This document shows positions 62,544 through 64,000 of a stretch of 64,000 nucleotides of DNA, one piece after another. The stretch's first letter is position 1. Every line of letters starts with the position of its first letter. A program made the position numbers and the translations under genes. The notes beneath the pieces were generated by a model, which was not told the DNA's origin, did not search any database, and saw only the letters and a program-made list of their open reading frames with translations. The stretch is from Heterodontus francisci (taxonomy: Eukaryota): assembly GCF_036365525.1 (NCBI RefSeq), contig NC_090404.1, forward strand, positions 7,068,001-7,132,000. Reading direction: 5' to 3'.

Positions 62544-64000
62544 TGGGATTGGCTGGTCAATTTGGAGCACTTCCTGCCAGCAATCAGGGGGAGCAGCTGC
62601 ACCTGTGTTGCAGCAATTGCAGAGTGGAGAGTGGAGACTGCAACAACTGGGGAGAGGAGAGTGGAATAACTGCAAAGAGGTGACTATAGAGTGGAGACAG
62701 CTGCATTTCCTGAGGAACTGTTGCACTTTTTCAAAGATTAAGAAGACCTGCAAATCATTTTGGAGAGGTGGTTGTTGGAGCACCAGAGAACTGTTGGTTG
62801 TTTGGACTGCTGGGGGAGGGAGGAGGCACCGGAAGATCCAGAGGTGGGGCTGCCAAATTCTGTAGGGAGCCCTTGTATTTGGTCTTGTGTTTATCTGCCA
62901 TCCTGCACAGAAGGGGCTCCCTCCCCACCCCCAACTGTGTGGCTCGGGACGGCTGGAGCTGCCCGGCTGAAGACTAGCTTAATACAACAACAGAAAAGGG
63001 AGAGAACCGGGCGGCTCTAGCCGACCCGGGCGAAGAGCCCTCCCCTAACTGGAAGATTGAACTGTAGACTCTGCAGGAAGTTGCTGCAACCACCAAGTGA
63101 ACTGTAACATCCTCGCAAGTGTTCTCTCTCTTCTATCACTCGGCCACCTATCCTCTCCTCTCCTTGTCCTTTTCAACCCTATCCTCCTCTACTCCCATCC
63201 TCACCTCCCCCATCATATTGTTTGTGTTTAAGAAAACTGTCGTGTGCTTTGTTTCTTGGGGGTGGGCGTAGCTCTGCGACCCCATGGTAAGCCCCTCTTC
63301 GCCGGTGGCGGGGCCTTCCCGTTCATATGCTGCTGCGGCTGCTGCAGCTGCAGCTGTTGCCCCGTCACCGTTTGCTTTATTAACATCGAAGAATGGGGTC
63401 AAGAGCTACGTCCACCCGAACATGACTATCGAGACATGCGTGAAAGCAATGGCCGAGGTTGTCGGCCCGTCGGCCATTGTTGCAGCCTCTAAAATGTATG
63501 GGAAGGCAGTGTTGTGGAGGGCCAGGTGCACTTCCACTCCCTCCTCACAGTGAGGTGTTTGTGACGGATTTTAAGTACCTTTGACATGAAGATAACCATA
63601 GCCAGCCTCAACATCAACGGCAGCAGAGGGGCTCACCGCAGATTTCACAATCTCTCAGTCCTTAGGGAAGGGAGATACACGGTGAGCTTTCTGCAGGAAA
63701 CCCACACCGTTCCAGGAGACAAAGCCACCTGGCTCCTGGAGTGGCAGGGTGGGGTCTACATGAGTCACCTCACCCCTATTTCTGGTGGCGTGGCTATCTT
63801 GTTGGCCCCGACTTTTCAGCCGGAGATCTTGGGGATCAAGGAGCTAGTGCCGGGCCACTTGTTCCACGTCGCCATTCACCTGGGTCGCGTGCCGCTCCAC
63901 TTTGTGAACGTGTACGCGCCCAGGCCCGGCGCGTTGCAAGCGCGCTTCTTTGAAGAAGTGGCCGCTCTCTTGAGCTCCATCGATCGCGGCGAGTGCATCA
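62543..64000 (+). mobile_element. Tx1/L1-clade LINE 5' end: 5'UTR, internally deleted ORF1, ORF2 start
   Basis: ORF1 piece VGPSAIVAASKMYGKAV. ORF2 starts at ATG 63586, MKITIASLNING...FLQETH...GGVAILL...VNVYAP (APE), and is open to the window end. Confidence 0.85.

Overview
Repeat-rich genomic DNA from a cartilaginous fish. The Cmu exons closely match horn shark (Heterodontus) IgM as I recall it; I did not check this against a database. The core of the window is one complete shark-type IgM heavy-chain minicluster on the + strand (36232-50387): leader, VH, JH, CH1-CH4, secretory tail, TM1 and TM2. It is partially germline-rearranged. VH is already fused to D-like sequence with no V-RSS, and it keeps only a damaged 12-RSS facing an intact JH 23-RSS. 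The gene is disabled by a VH stop, a CH1 stop, a CH4 frameshift and a TM1 donor mutation. Upstream is a minus-strand C2H2 zinc-finger pseudogene with a GC-rich promoter, split by a CR1 insertion. The rest is CR1 and Tx1 LINEs, two inverted Penelope-like elements with target-site duplications (TSDs), V-SINEs, Deu-SINEs and satellites. The less obvious observations are: three identical 37-nt minimal hammerhead-like motifs, one of them solo; a compound templated insertion in the CH4-TM1 intron that copies 44 nt of the CH2-CH3 intron; two inverted arms of unique sequence plus 27-bp satellite carrying convergent CTCF-like motifs; an orphan ZNF143/YY1/CRE-type promoter; and a dense ATCRAT cluster upstream of VH. 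Repeat boundaries are estimated by eye.
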